A DNA stretch of 64,000 bases from a virus: the IMG/VR virus record IMGVR_UViG_3300020438_004435; one strand, given 5' to 3'. Below, one piece after another: positions 8,073-19,500 of this stretch. A program made the translations under genes and the position numbers. Position 1 is the first letter of the stretch. The number at the start of each line of letters is the position of its first letter. The notes under the pieces were generated by a model. It did not search any database, was not told where the DNA came from, and worked only from the letters and a program-made list of their open reading frames with translations.

Positions 8073-9383
8073 TTACTGCAATACATTATAATTGTCTCCT
8101 CTCTTAGTTTTGATAGGAAAATATAGTGCTTCTTCTACATCATGTAAAAATGAATCCTCATCACTTGGGTGGTAATCAAATGTGAAGGAATCGTAAGTGT
8201 ATAAAATAAGTTTTGATTTATATTTATCCATAACATTAATTAATTTATCCAAAATTTTACTGTTATATTCTGTCTCTAATGATTGTAGAAAATAGTTTAA
8301 CAATTTCGGTGGATTCATATCCACTAGATTAGAAGCATATAACTTTCTTTTATATAAATATGTAGAAATATAACTTTTGGCCTTATATTCCTTCCACAAT
8401 TTCTTTGTAAATATATCTATTTTATTAAAAAATTCAATACTTTTCATTTCACTTGGAATACCTCCATATAAAATTCTAAATGATATTGTTTTAGCTTCTT
8501 TATATTCCTCGTCCGTTAATACATCCTTACCAAAATACTGCTTACCTAAATACATGTGAATAGATTCATCAGGAAATTTATAATCTATAACCTCAGCCAT
8601 CATTCTTAAATGGTATGCATCAAAATCACATTCAACAATTTTACCATTCTTAAATCTACTTATATATTTTTCCCTCGTGCCGTCTTCCTTATTAAGAGCC
8701 GCATAATTAATACCACCATATCTATTGGATGGTCTACCTGTACTAGTATATAAATTATATTGTGAATACTCAAACCCTTGCATAGTAAATAAACCCGATT
8801 CCTCTATTTTATATAAATTATATAAGGTATTGTTATTATACGTATTATATGCATCCCTATCCACCTTATCAAAATCATACTGTTTATACGCGATTTCCTT
8901 AAGTTTACGGCACTTTTCCAAGTGTTTGAATATAGGAATAAGGGTGCCAATCTTTGGAAAATTGTAATATTTACGTTCTATAAAATTATGAGCTACTGTA
9001 TTGTTATTTGATAATTCTAATGGTATATTAGTATGAAACCAATTAGCTAAATTGAGATCTAATATCTTTTCACTTTCAATCTTATTCCATTTTAATATAT
9101 GTAATAATTCCTTTTTATCTGGTGTAAGTATTTGTGTAAAATTTGATAATATTTTAGCCGCCTGATCAAGATCAAATGATGTTAAAGCTTCTGGGTGATT
9201 CATAGGAATAATAAACTCATGACCCTCATCCTTATCTATGCCTAAATATAAATAAAATAAACATAAATCATTTTTAGCTGGATGTTTGTATATATCAGAG
9301 AATATAGGTATCACAAAAGCCGTTGAAAACTTTTCCGACATATTAAATAAACTAACTACACTTTGTGGAGTTTCTACAATCAT
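8073..9383 (-). CDS. Family A DNA polymerase-like protein, short and apparently thumbless
   Basis: TSTGRPSN, motif A DFDAYHLRMMA, motif B AKTISFRILYGG, motif C YTYDSF. Confidence 0.85.
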   Translation of the reverse strand: MIVETPQSVVSLFNMSEKFSTAFVIPIFSDIYKHPAKNDLCLFYLYLGIDKDEGHEFIIPMNHPEALTSFDLDQAAKILSNFTQILTPDKKELLHILKWNKIESEKILDLNLANWFHTNIPLELSNNNTVAHNFIERKYYNFPKIGTLIPIFKHLEKCRKLKEIAYKQYDFDKVDRDAYNTYNNNTLYNLYKIEESGLFTMQGFEYSQYNLYTSTGRPSNRYGGINYAALNKEDGTREKYISRFKNGKIVECDFDAYHLRMMAEVIDYKFPDESIHMYLGKQYFGKDVLTDEEYKEAKTISFRILYGGIPSEMKSIEFFNKIDIFTKKLWKEYKAKSYISTYLYKRKLYASNLVDMNPPKLLNYFLQSLETEYNSKILDKLINVMDKYKSKLILYTYDSFTFDYHPSDEDSFLHDVEEALYFPIKTKRGDNYNVLQ

Positions 9384-9407
9384 AACCTTTTTTACCTTTT
9401 ACTTAAT

Positions 9408-9438
9408 TAAATATACAAAAATTAATTCAATTTACCAA
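9408..9438 (-). promoter_or_regulatory. Bacteroidota-type promoter upstream of the PolA-like gene
   Basis: TTG (9438-9436), 20 nt, TATATTTA (9415-9408). Confidence 0.6.
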
Positions 9439-10062
9439 CTAATCACCGCGGTAAACCTCATCGTATTTTGAATACTCTACATAATTGTAAATGATGGTAT
9501 GTAATTCAGCTATTTCTTTACTATTAGAGGCCACTGTTCTCATATTAGTATCTTCAACACCTGATTCCAAAAGCTTTCCATCCTTACCATATATATCATT
9601 TTTTGGACCTGATACTTTCCACTTCATTGTAATGGCTTTATATAGAAAGGGATTTATACCCTCATCCTTAGCATCGTATTTATCATACTGATCTTTATCT
9701 ATTTCCAAAATCGGAGCTGAGATATCATTTCTTTTTCTAATAAAATATCGCATCATATATCCACGAGTCATATCATCCTCATTTGGTAATATTATCTGAT
9801 AGTATGGATCATTAAATTTATAATCATGAGCTACATTATTTGATTCTGCTAATTTAATATATGTCCTTATAGTATCCGAATCATATGTAACCAGATTTCT
9901 CAATGGTTTACTAGAACCTTCATCAAATACTCTACCAGTATAAGGTCCAGTAGATGTTACATTATAATAACCAGTATAAGCAACATAATCCATTAACATA
10001 AATTTGGAGCCATCTGTATATTGATTTTCCTTTTTAATATGTGAGGGTGTATATCTTGCCAT
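9439..10062 (-). CDS. Hypothetical baseplate-region protein
   Basis: 207 aa, last gene of the tail/baseplate run; GGAGG SD. Confidence 0.55.
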   Translation of the reverse strand: MARYTPSHIKKENQYTDGSKFMLMDYVAYTGYYNVTSTGPYTGRVFDEGSSKPLRNLVTYDSDTIRTYIKLAESNNVAHDYKFNDPYYQIILPNEDDMTRGYMMRYFIRKRNDISAPILEIDKDQYDKYDAKDEGINPFLYKAITMKWKVSGPKNDIYGKDGKLLESGVEDTNMRTVASNSKEIAELHTIIYNYVEYSKYDEVYRGD

Positions 10063-10063
10063 T

Positions 10064-12508
10064 TTATCCTCCCGTCTCGCCGCCTTCTCTAGGTGCTGAA
10101 AGAATTTGAGTAATTAAATCCTTACATGCATCTACATCATCGATGGTAGATCTTTTATAAATTTTTGTTAGAAGATTTGTTATTTTTTCTTGCATTTGAT
10201 CTACCGTTAACCTTTCACTTTTTACCGTTTCTTCAGTCTTACCTTCAATTCCTTCTTCACCAACCGTAATTCCTTCACTATCCAAAGACATTACCATTGC
10301 ATTAGGATAAATGTATGATGCATCTCCCGGTTTGTTTCCAATACCAAATGTACCTAATCTTTCCTGTTTAGTAATGTCATCTATTTTATTACCCGCTACC
10401 TCAAGATCGGTTAATTTTTCATCAGCGGTTGATAATTTACTATAATGCAATTTAGTATATGCATCATTCTGTGGTAGGAATCTCATTATACAATCTATAT
10501 CAGTAGACCAATCAGTAACCGAAATAGAATGTTTTACATCCTTTACGAAAAAATATACCTGATTTTGATATCTGGTTGGTATATAATCTATCATAAATCC
10601 TTGACCGAATTGTAATCCTGATATACCATCTATTTCAAAGCTACAATCCAATGGAATTAATTTACTAGCTTGCAATTCATTTTTTTGTTCCGCTTCACCA
10701 GTAAATCCTGTATTAGCTCCAAGAGCTAACATTTGTTTCATTCCATTAGGAATTTTTGATTTGAAATCTAATTTACGTAAAATACCATGTTGCCTGCCAG
10801 CTGGTAATTCGGTTACATAAACATTATCATTTAATGTAAAATTATCATCTACTACTGAACATATATTAGGATACATTTCATCTACTACCATTCTAAAATT
10901 CCATGGATTACCACATGCCTCATTTATACTAGATAATAATGCTTCCATATACCCTTCTAGAGTATCTTCTTCCTGAGTTATTCTTATACATTCATTTACA
11001 TTAACAAATATATTTCCAAGATATCCGGCTGATAAAGGATCATTTAGAGACATTGCCCCTGAACTGTCTTCTGGTTCGATTATACCTGCTAGATAAATTG
11101 CTTCATCAATTTTTTGAACAGCAAATAAATCCACTTCATCAGGACCACTTAAACCTGATGGTCTATTAGCTGTCTTTACAGCAGGAGTATAATGGGTATC
11201 TCCTACCTGGCCAGGAATTAAACATACTGAAGGATCCGATGATAATAAAAATTTATCATTACCTATAACTGAAGTGTACATTGGCTCATCACCTGTATTA
11301 TTCATATCACTACCAATCTTCATTGTCATTAGTGGGCCAGATGCTGGTGTTGTCTTATCGCCTTCTCCTGCTTCCCTAGTTGCAGCACTAGTAACCTTAT
11401 ATAAAGGATTTATTATCTTATCTATCAGATCTCCAAATTTAACAAAGTTAAATCTATCAGATGTAGTTTTTGCTAAATCGGATTCAATTGTTTCCCTAAA
11501 TTTAGATGTAGATCCAAATTTATAGGAATATACTTTTAATTTTACATCTGGTATGCCAATTTGATCTTTTAATTTAATATTCTTTTCCTCAATACTACTG
11601 ACATTATCGTAAATTTGTTTACCTATAGTAAGTAGGGCAGATGATAATCTACTTTCTTTTGCTTTATCTTTATCATCCTTATTTTCCCCTTGCTGTGATA
11701 CTGGAGCAGCTAGTGGCATATTTAATGTAGTATCGCCCATTGCTGTAACTTCCGTTTTACAATCAAAGGACATATCATCTCTTAGGTTCCAAGAAAAATT
11801 AACTGTATATCCAAACATAGCATCATAACAACCTCCTGAAGCTTTTCTTCTTTTATTAATTTCTTGCTGAACCTTTGTTGGATTTTTTAATATCTCATCA
11901 TCTAAAGGCATTAGATTTAATGGTTCATTATGATTTACAGACCAACCCCACTCTACCAAAATTCTTATTCCAGGGGTCATATAAAAGGTTTCGAATCTTT
12001 CAAGATCATCTAAATGATAACATACCCAATCTATAGAAGCTTTTTTTAATGCCCCTCTTGACCCTTTATAATTTATTGTTACACCCTTTATACCAGGCAT
12101 AGGTTTTAATCCTCTCTGGATACCTTGAGCTCTTATTTCATCTAAGGATGGATTTTCATTTTCATTAAATTTATAAATACCACTATACATTTGATCAAAT
12201 CCTTCTCGCCTACCAAATGTATCAGTATCCTTACCCTTTGCATGTCCTGCAAATAAGATGTGTTCAAATCTAGTAGAATTTGAAAATTCACCATTCCATA
12301 ATTCTTCCTTCTTTTCACCCTCTTTAGTAGAACCTGCAGTATCTGGCAATGGCACAGCATTTGATACTATTCTTATATATGGTGTTTTTTGATGATGCCA
12401 ATACCTATCTTCTGCAGGAACTCCTGGTATGTGTTTTGCTAGACCTTTAATACGTCTTAACAATTCCTCTCGAACATATGGTAATGGTGCGCTATTAAAT
12501 AATGGCAT
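10064..12508 (-). CDS. Putative baseplate hub protein (gp27/gpD-like)
   Basis: 814 aa with PMPGIKGV...ILVEWGWS and a C-terminal IDGISGLQFGQGF beta region; follows the LysM-like gene. Confidence 0.6.
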   Translation of the reverse strand: MPLFNSAPLPYVREELLRRIKGLAKHIPGVPAEDRYWHHQKTPYIRIVSNAVPLPDTAGSTKEGEKKEELWNGEFSNSTRFEHILFAGHAKGKDTDTFGRREGFDQMYSGIYKFNENENPSLDEIRAQGIQRGLKPMPGIKGVTINYKGSRGALKKASIDWVCYHLDDLERFETFYMTPGIRILVEWGWSVNHNEPLNLMPLDDEILKNPTKVQQEINKRRKASGGCYDAMFGYTVNFSWNLRDDMSFDCKTEVTAMGDTTLNMPLAAPVSQQGENKDDKDKAKESRLSSALLTIGKQIYDNVSSIEEKNIKLKDQIGIPDVKLKVYSYKFGSTSKFRETIESDLAKTTSDRFNFVKFGDLIDKIINPLYKVTSAATREAGEGDKTTPASGPLMTMKIGSDMNNTGDEPMYTSVIGNDKFLLSSDPSVCLIPGQVGDTHYTPAVKTANRPSGLSGPDEVDLFAVQKIDEAIYLAGIIEPEDSSGAMSLNDPLSAGYLGNIFVNVNECIRITQEEDTLEGYMEALLSSINEACGNPWNFRMVVDEMYPNICSVVDDNFTLNDNVYVTELPAGRQHGILRKLDFKSKIPNGMKQMLALGANTGFTGEAEQKNELQASKLIPLDCSFEIDGISGLQFGQGFMIDYIPTRYQNQVYFFVKDVKHSISVTDWSTDIDCIMRFLPQNDAYTKLHYSKLSTADEKLTDLEVAGNKIDDITKQERLGTFGIGNKPGDASYIYPNAMVMSLDSEGITVGEEGIEGKTEETVKSERLTVDQMQEKITNLLTKIYKRSTIDDVDACKDLITQILSAPREGGETGG

Positions 12509-12512
12509 ATAA

Positions 12513-12845
12513 CTACTCCTGTTTTATATTATTAATGGTATCTAATTTAGATAAGATAGCAGATATATCCTTAGGAATTATTAACTGAGTACCTGGTGTT
12601 ACGAATAAGCTATCTCCTGGTAGATTGTTAGCGGCAGCTATAACCCACCAAAGGGTTCTATCGTTATAAAAACGATTAGCTAAATTATCTAATCTATCTA
12701 CTATAGAAGCAATAATAATATTGTCTGTAGTCTTTGTCGTAACCTCAGGTATAATAGTCGTAGTCTTAATAAGTTTATTAAAACGAGGATCTACCTGATC
12801 TATATTAGTGGCTTTTTTCTTTTTATTATATGAATATCTTCCCAT
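12513..12845 (-). CDS. LysM-like / tail protein X baseplate component
   Basis: DRLDNLANRFYNDRTLWWVIAAANNL...PGTQLIIP. Confidence 0.85.
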   Translation of the reverse strand: MGRYSYNKKKKATNIDQVDPRFNKLIKTTTIIPEVTTKTTDNIIIASIVDRLDNLANRFYNDRTLWWVIAAANNLPGDSLFVTPGTQLIIPKDISAILSKLDTINNIKQE

Positions 12846-15800
12846 TATTCTAACTCCAATTTAGCCATTTGTTCAAAAAAGTCTTTATGACCAGCATCCA
12901 TTTCTTCCTCCGTACCAGGTCCTATATGACGACCTACTATTTCCCCAAATGCTGTAGTTTTTGGTGTTGAGCCAATAGGAGTAAATCCTATTTGTACATT
13001 AAGAAATTTAGGTAATTGAGCAACGTCTTCCATTTCTTCTAGGTTTATTTCCCATGGAGAATTTTCATCAACGGCAATAGTTACACTGCTAAGAAATCCA
13101 GAGGTTCTATATAGATAGTCTCCTAATGTTAATTTTATTAGAGGACCGATCATAGTATCAGGTGTAGCACTAGTTCCTTCATCTGCATAATGAGGATAAC
13201 ATAATCCTATTAAATAATTTACCTTTTTATACATTAATAATAATTCCTGCCTGGACATACATACTACCATCAATCCAAATGATATTGCTCTTTCAGCTCC
13301 ACCATAATGATAAACCTTATCAGCTCTACCTATATATTTTTGATCCGACCAATTTGGTGTAATATTATCTGAGAACCCAGAAATGTATGATCTAAATCTT
13401 AATTGCTTATCTGCATATATATCTTCCATTACTAATTTTACTAAGTCCCTTTTATTACCATGAGTATCTATGGCTGTTGGCTTACCCTCATCTCCATTAA
13501 GCTTCCACATATAATCATCCATATTAAGTGGAATCCTATAATCTGCTCTATCTCTATCATCTTTATAATCCTGAAATCCAAACTTAGCTGTTAAATTATT
13601 TTTTTCATAGTCAGCTGCTTTTCCAAGACCTGTACCTGTAAAATTGGATCCTTGTTTTTTAAGATCCTTACGAAAATCATTATGGCTTGTTCCACCATCA
13701 GCCATTTTTTTAGCATTGTCAGCAGTAATACCATATGAACTTACTAAATACTTAGCTATTTGAGGTCCAGCAAATTTACCTTCCGTATTTTCATATTCAA
13801 GGCCTTTTCCATCTATATGATTGGTTTGATTTTCATATCGTCTTATCGTTGTACCGCCTATACCATATAATGATTTAGGTCCTCCAAATACATCATCTGA
13901 TAACCTGTCTATCTTCTGACCTTTAATTCCTAATAAATTTGCTATGCCTAAAAATCCACCAGCTCCTAAAGGATCATCGCTTAATATTAAATCATCTTTA
14001 AGAGCTATTAAGGTATTACCTGCGCCTTTACCTTTTGATACCGCTGAACCAGCAGGAGTTGATGAATCATATCCATCATTTAATACATTATGAGCATCTA
14101 CTGCTGCTTCATAATCCGAATTTCCTTCGCCCATACCCAGTGGTATTAAACCATGTCTTTTGAATCTTATACCGAAATGTCCCGTAGCAACTGTAGCCAA
14201 CATATTAATAGGTAAAAATACTCTTGTTCTTCTTCCAAGGAATGTCATATCTGTTTCTACCCTTGGATTAGATGCTTGCAATCCTACCTGTTTCAAAAAC
14301 CACAATACTCCTTTAATAGGATTATCAATTAATGATTTACCTAATCGAACTACATCTTGTAAACCTCTATTTGTAAGAGTTACAAAGCCTCCTCTAAATG
14401 CTCCTTCATCAAATGTAGAACCTCCTAGTCCCCAGGTCTGACCTATATCTCTTAATATATAAGGTTCCTTTGATTCCTTTATTCCCGTTGGATCATCACC
14501 GGTTCCTCCAAATCTTAAATCATGACCATATATTAATGATTTATCATAATCATAGCTAGATACCTGATCTTGTAATTCTTTTCTTGCATATCCCTCTATT
14601 TGTGATGAAATTTCTCCATCAGCATATGATAATTTATGTACAAAATAATTTGGGTTACCTTCAACTGAATTAAATTTAGCTTTAGTATCGCCGAAAAATG
14701 GAATTCTAGGAACACCATCAGGTACTCCAGATGGTCCTGTGGTTGCTGGAATTATCATTTCCATTTGACCAAGTATATCATCTCTCAATGTAGCTTCTGC
14801 TAGGAAACTTTTTGGATGTGAATCATTTATAGTAATATCAGTAGTAAAATTATTTATTAAATCTCCATACTTATTACCTTCAATTCCATTAAAATTAGGT
14901 CTTCCTGGATCAGTAGGCACAATTCCTTGTATACTAGCTGGATCAGCATTATATAAATTAAATGAAGGACCAAATCCTTGATTTATTGTTATTGATGGAT
15001 TGATAGGTACCTGAGCTTCTATATGAGATGTGAATATTCCTGCAGCATCTCTAAATAAACCATTATACATTAACCTACCATCTTGAACAGTATCTGGATA
15101 AGTATATGTCATTGTTCCAGGGGATCCATTTATTCCTAAGTATTGTGTATCTGTTTGATTTAATGTAAACCCTGTAGATCCATATATATTATCATCAAAA
15201 TAATTTACAGGTGTGCCTATGGTTCCTAATCCTAATCCGCTATTATCTGGATATGTGAATTCCTGGCCTGATATTCCTTCGAACTTACTTGCTTCACCTG
15301 TATTAAATGCATTGTCAAATTGACCTATTCGTGCATTTGTAATTGTCTGTATTCCAGAAGTCGTATCTATTGTACTCGATTCATGTCTACCATCTGGAGT
15401 TGTAGGAGTATCATCTATTGTACTCGATTCATGTCTTCCAGTAGGTGTAGTAGGACCATCATCAATAGTACTTGATTCATGTCTACCATCAGGTGTTGTA
15501 GGGCTTGAATCAATATCGGATGAATCATGTCTACCAGTTAGTGTAGAATTAATAGGAGCTGTGTCACTACTTTCATGTCTACCAGTAGGTGTAGTAGCAC
15601 TAGAATCAATATCAGATGATTCGTGCCTACCAGTCAATGTAGAATTTACTGGAGCTGTATCACTAGAATCATGTCTTCCTGTTAATGTAGAATTAACGGG
15701 TGCTGTATCACTCGACTCATGTCTTCCTGTTAATGTAGAATTTTCAGGAGCGATATCACTTGATTCATGTCTTCCTGATAATAATGAATTTAATGGTGCT

Positions 15801-16558
15801 GTATCACTAGCCTGATTATTAGCTCCTAATGTAGAATTTAATGGAGCCGTATTACTTGTTTGATTATTCGCACCTAGGGTTGAATTTAGAGGAGCTGTAT
15901 CGCTTGATAAATGTCTTCCTCTAACTGGTGTTAAATTTTGTGCAGGAGTATTACTAGCTTGATTATTTGCTCCTAATGTAGAGTTAATAGGTGCTGTGTC
16001 ACTTGATAGATGCCTACCTGTCTGCGGAGTTAAATTAGTACCAGCTGGTGTTGGTGCCTCATGTCTACCTGTCTGTGGTGATAAATTGGTAGCTGGTATA
16101 TCAGATTTCAAATTAGGATTAAATTGGCTAACATTCAATGGAGCTATATCCGATTTCAAATTAGGATTAAATTGACTAACATCGAGTGGAGCTATATCAG
16201 ATTTCAAATTAGGATTAAATTGGCTTACATTTATTGGAGCTATATCCGATTTGAGATTTGGATTAAATTGACTAACATTTAATGGTGCTATATCTGATTT
16301 TAGATTAGGATTAAATTGGCTAACATCTAATGGGGCTATATCCGATTTTAGATTAGGATTGAAATTGCTAACATCTAAAGGAGCTATATTACTTGAATTA
16401 TGTCTACCTGTTGGAAATGATATAGTAGTAGCAGGTATATTACTTGAATTATGTCTTCCAGTTGGGAATGATATAATTACAGGAGATATTCCACTTGAAT
16501 TATGCCTTCCTGTTGGAAAGCTAATTTTCATTGGTTCTGCTGGTATTCTTTTCGCCAT
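12845..16558 (-). CDS. Tail tube initiator / baseplate protein with about 400 aa of N-terminal tandem repeats
   Basis: C-terminal FRSYISGFSDNITPNW...YIGRADKVYHYGGAERAISF domain; lies between tape measure and LysM genes. Confidence 0.7.
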   Translation of the reverse strand: MAKRIPAEPMKISFPTGRHNSSGISPVIISFPTGRHNSSNIPATTISFPTGRHNSSNIAPLDVSNFNPNLKSDIAPLDVSQFNPNLKSDIAPLNVSQFNPNLKSDIAPINVSQFNPNLKSDIAPLDVSQFNPNLKSDIAPLNVSQFNPNLKSDIPATNLSPQTGRHEAPTPAGTNLTPQTGRHLSSDTAPINSTLGANNQASNTPAQNLTPVRGRHLSSDTAPLNSTLGANNQTSNTAPLNSTLGANNQASDTAPLNSLLSGRHESSDIAPENSTLTGRHESSDTAPVNSTLTGRHDSSDTAPVNSTLTGRHESSDIDSSATTPTGRHESSDTAPINSTLTGRHDSSDIDSSPTTPDGRHESSTIDDGPTTPTGRHESSTIDDTPTTPDGRHESSTIDTTSGIQTITNARIGQFDNAFNTGEASKFEGISGQEFTYPDNSGLGLGTIGTPVNYFDDNIYGSTGFTLNQTDTQYLGINGSPGTMTYTYPDTVQDGRLMYNGLFRDAAGIFTSHIEAQVPINPSITINQGFGPSFNLYNADPASIQGIVPTDPGRPNFNGIEGNKYGDLINNFTTDITINDSHPKSFLAEATLRDDILGQMEMIIPATTGPSGVPDGVPRIPFFGDTKAKFNSVEGNPNYFVHKLSYADGEISSQIEGYARKELQDQVSSYDYDKSLIYGHDLRFGGTGDDPTGIKESKEPYILRDIGQTWGLGGSTFDEGAFRGGFVTLTNRGLQDVVRLGKSLIDNPIKGVLWFLKQVGLQASNPRVETDMTFLGRRTRVFLPINMLATVATGHFGIRFKRHGLIPLGMGEGNSDYEAAVDAHNVLNDGYDSSTPAGSAVSKGKGAGNTLIALKDDLILSDDPLGAGGFLGIANLLGIKGQKIDRLSDDVFGGPKSLYGIGGTTIRRYENQTNHIDGKGLEYENTEGKFAGPQIAKYLVSSYGITADNAKKMADGGTSHNDFRKDLKKQGSNFTGTGLGKAADYEKNNLTAKFGFQDYKDDRDRADYRIPLNMDDYMWKLNGDEGKPTAIDTHGNKRDLVKLVMEDIYADKQLRFRSYISGFSDNITPNWSDQKYIGRADKVYHYGGAERAISFGLMVVCMSRQELLLMYKKVNYLIGLCYPHYADEGTSATPDTMIGPLIKLTLGDYLYRTSGFLSSVTIAVDENSPWEINLEEMEDVAQLPKFLNVQIGFTPIGSTPKTTAFGEIVGRHIGPGTEEEMDAGHKDFFEQMAKLELE
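15360..16530 (-). repeat. Coding tandem array of 48-51 nt (16-17 aa) units
   Basis: 3x ISFPTGRHNSS, 6x VSxFNPNLKSDI, 3x NSTLGANNQ, 9 consecutive GRH[E/D]SS units. Confidence 0.95.
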
Positions 16559-16562
16559 ATTC

Positions 16563-19500
16563 TTATGCCCTTACTGATGCAAGTCCAACTGCTTTACCAA
16601 CAGCTGCTCCATCCATTTCTATTACTCTACCCTGAGCTACTAATTCTATTAACATTTGATTTTGCTTAACTAATACTTCTATTGCATTTGCCATTCTTGT
16701 AGAATCTCCATTACTACCACCACCTTGACCTAGATCAGTTCCTGCTATTATACTATCCTTGTTATTTAATGCAAAGGTTCCTTCCTCTGTCATGATCGTT
16801 CTATCACCATATCCTGCAGGAGGTTTCTCTCCTGGCATGAACATATCATCCGGTTTATTTAGGCCTTTCCAACCCAAGTGATTAACTTCAGGTATATAAT
16901 AATCACCCAACCTGATTTCGAAGTTAAATGGATATTGTATATATGCCTTGAGTGTTTGAGCAAGGCCCTCAATCTTTTTACCCATTTTAGCAAAAGATTC
17001 CTTAATGCTAGTCCACATCTTTCCAGGCCATGCTTTGATTTTATCTCCAAAATCGGAAAATTTTTGTTTTACCATTGTCCATCCTTTAGAGAACCATTCA
17101 CCAATAGCCGTTCCAATGCCTGAGAACCACTCTCCAATGCCACCTAGCCAATCCATCATTTTTTCACCAAATGACATATTAGCATATTCCAATTCAGCTA
17201 GTTTTTCCTCTTCAAATTCCATTACCTGATCATGAACATCTTTTGATTCAGCAAAAGCTTTTAATTTTTCTCGCATCTCCTTACCATCCTGAAGACCTGA
17301 TGCTAGTAATCTTTGTTTTTCTTGTTCAATTAAATCCTTTTCGAAACTTGCTGAGGCAGCTGCTAAATCAGCTCTTACTTGTTGTTGACCTACCATATCG
17401 GTAGTCATATCTGTCATAAAGTCACCGAATCCATCTAGAGGATCACTAGCCCTAAATGTAGTATCTCCAAATTCTGCCATAGCACGAGCCATGATCTGTT
17501 CTTGTTCTTGTACATCAGTAACACCTGTCTTATCAAATAATTGTGCAAAGTATTGATTTTTAGCAGCTTCATTTTGATTAAAGAATTCCGCCATTGTAGC
17601 TTTATCTTTACCTGTTGAATTAGCAAAATCTGTCATTTGCTTTTCCATTAAATCTGAACTCATGCCTAATCCGGATAACATAGCTACTTCATCATCACCC
17701 CACATACTTCTATTACCGGCTATAGTCTCCTGAAGAAAAGCATCAGCCTTAGCTGCGTCTGCTTGTAGTTTTTCAGAATTTGTTCTTTCCTCAATCGCTG
17801 CATTTAATTCTGCAGAAGTTTCTGTCATGGCTTTTGATATATCTTCTAATTTGGCTAATTCCTCTGCATTACCTCTTGCTTCGAATTTCATAGAGGCTAA
17901 CATTTGATCCGTGACGGATGATGACATTGCTAATTTATCTGCCTGTTCTTGAGCAATTCTAGATGCAGCATCAACATCATTTTCAAATATGGTTAATTTA
18001 CCAGCCATTTTACCAGCTGCATATCCAACTAGTGCTCCAATACCCGCACCTAATAATGTTCCTACTACCGGTATCACAGATCCAATTGCTGCTCCTGCCA
18101 TAGCTCCTGTCGCTGCTCCACTTGCTCCTGTTACTGCTGCAGCTTTCTTTTGTCCTGATGTTGAGGTTCCTGCTTCATTTAGATCTTTTGCAGACATATA
18201 AGCAGCTGCTCCTAATCCTAATGCTCCTCCTACTACACCAGCGCCACCTAATGCGGTTCCTCCTAATGAAGCTGTTTTTCCACCTGCTAACATAGATCCA
18301 AATTGTGCAACTCGGCCTCCTTTTATCATTCTACTTGCAGCTTTACCTCCTCCCTTTAATCCACCTTTCTGAAAAGCTTTTAATAATCTACCAAATCCTT
18401 TTGATCCTCCTTTACCGCCAGCCCCAAAACCTCCATCAGTAGTAACATTCATAGGATTCATTTTTGATCCTCTTGCAAAGAAGCCTCCGCCAAGTCCCTC
18501 AAATAAACTACCTATCTTTCCAGGAAATAATCCTTTAATTAAAGGACCGAACATTCCTACTACTTTTTTAGCAGCAAATCCAGCCATTAAAACATTTACA
18601 AATCCTTTCGTTGCATTACCTCCTCCAACTAATTTTAGAGCTCCTTTAATCATCCCACCAATAGGGGAATCATTAAGAAATTTAATAGCTGATTTGATAC
18701 CTGATATTACAGTTTTGATTATAGTCCTTATAGTTTCTAGGAAATGTGTTAATCCAACTTCAAATTGTTCGGAATTTATAAAATTCATAAATCCTTTTTC
18801 AAGATCCTTAATATCTCCACCAAATACTTTAAGGAATATATCCCCAATACGTATTGCTATCTTTTCCATTACAGATAGACCGGTTTCTAATTGACCCATT
18901 ACCTTAACCTGCTGATCTAATAATTTGGTTTCCTTTCCTTTTCTTTTAGCTGCTTCATCTTCTTGACCCTTTTTGGTTTTATTACCTTTAAGCATCTTTT
19001 CCATTTCACCAAGTTCTAATCCGGCAGCTTTAGCCATTGCCTCTTTTTGGAAGATATTCATTTTATTAAATTCTTCAATACCACCCATCTGTTTAAGAAC
19101 CTCTTGAGAAGCTCCTAATGCATCTCCAGACATTGCTAATTCTCTAGCTTTCTGAAGATTAATATTTTTACCTGTAAGTAATTGAGCTTCCATTTCAGCT
19201 TCAATAGAACTTTCAAAATCCAATAGTCCTTTAGCTACCTTGGCCATATCATCCATCGATATACCCATACGTCTAGCTTCAATTGCCGCATTTCTTACAT
19301 TATCTGCTGTTCCACCAAACATTGTTCTTGTTTCGGTTGATGCATTGGCTATATCCTGGAATACTAATTGAGCATTTAATCCATACATATCGGACATGGC
19401 ATATGTTGATTCAACCATGGCTGCAGCTGTATCCTCAGAGAATCCGGTCATGAGCATCATATTATCCATTACCTTAGCTGAATCCTCTGCACTTAATCCT

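Noticed and set aside
15360-16530. 48-nt periodic repeats as a CRISPR array
   Set aside because: Units are contiguous, in frame, vary at third codon positions and have no unique spacers; no cas genes are present
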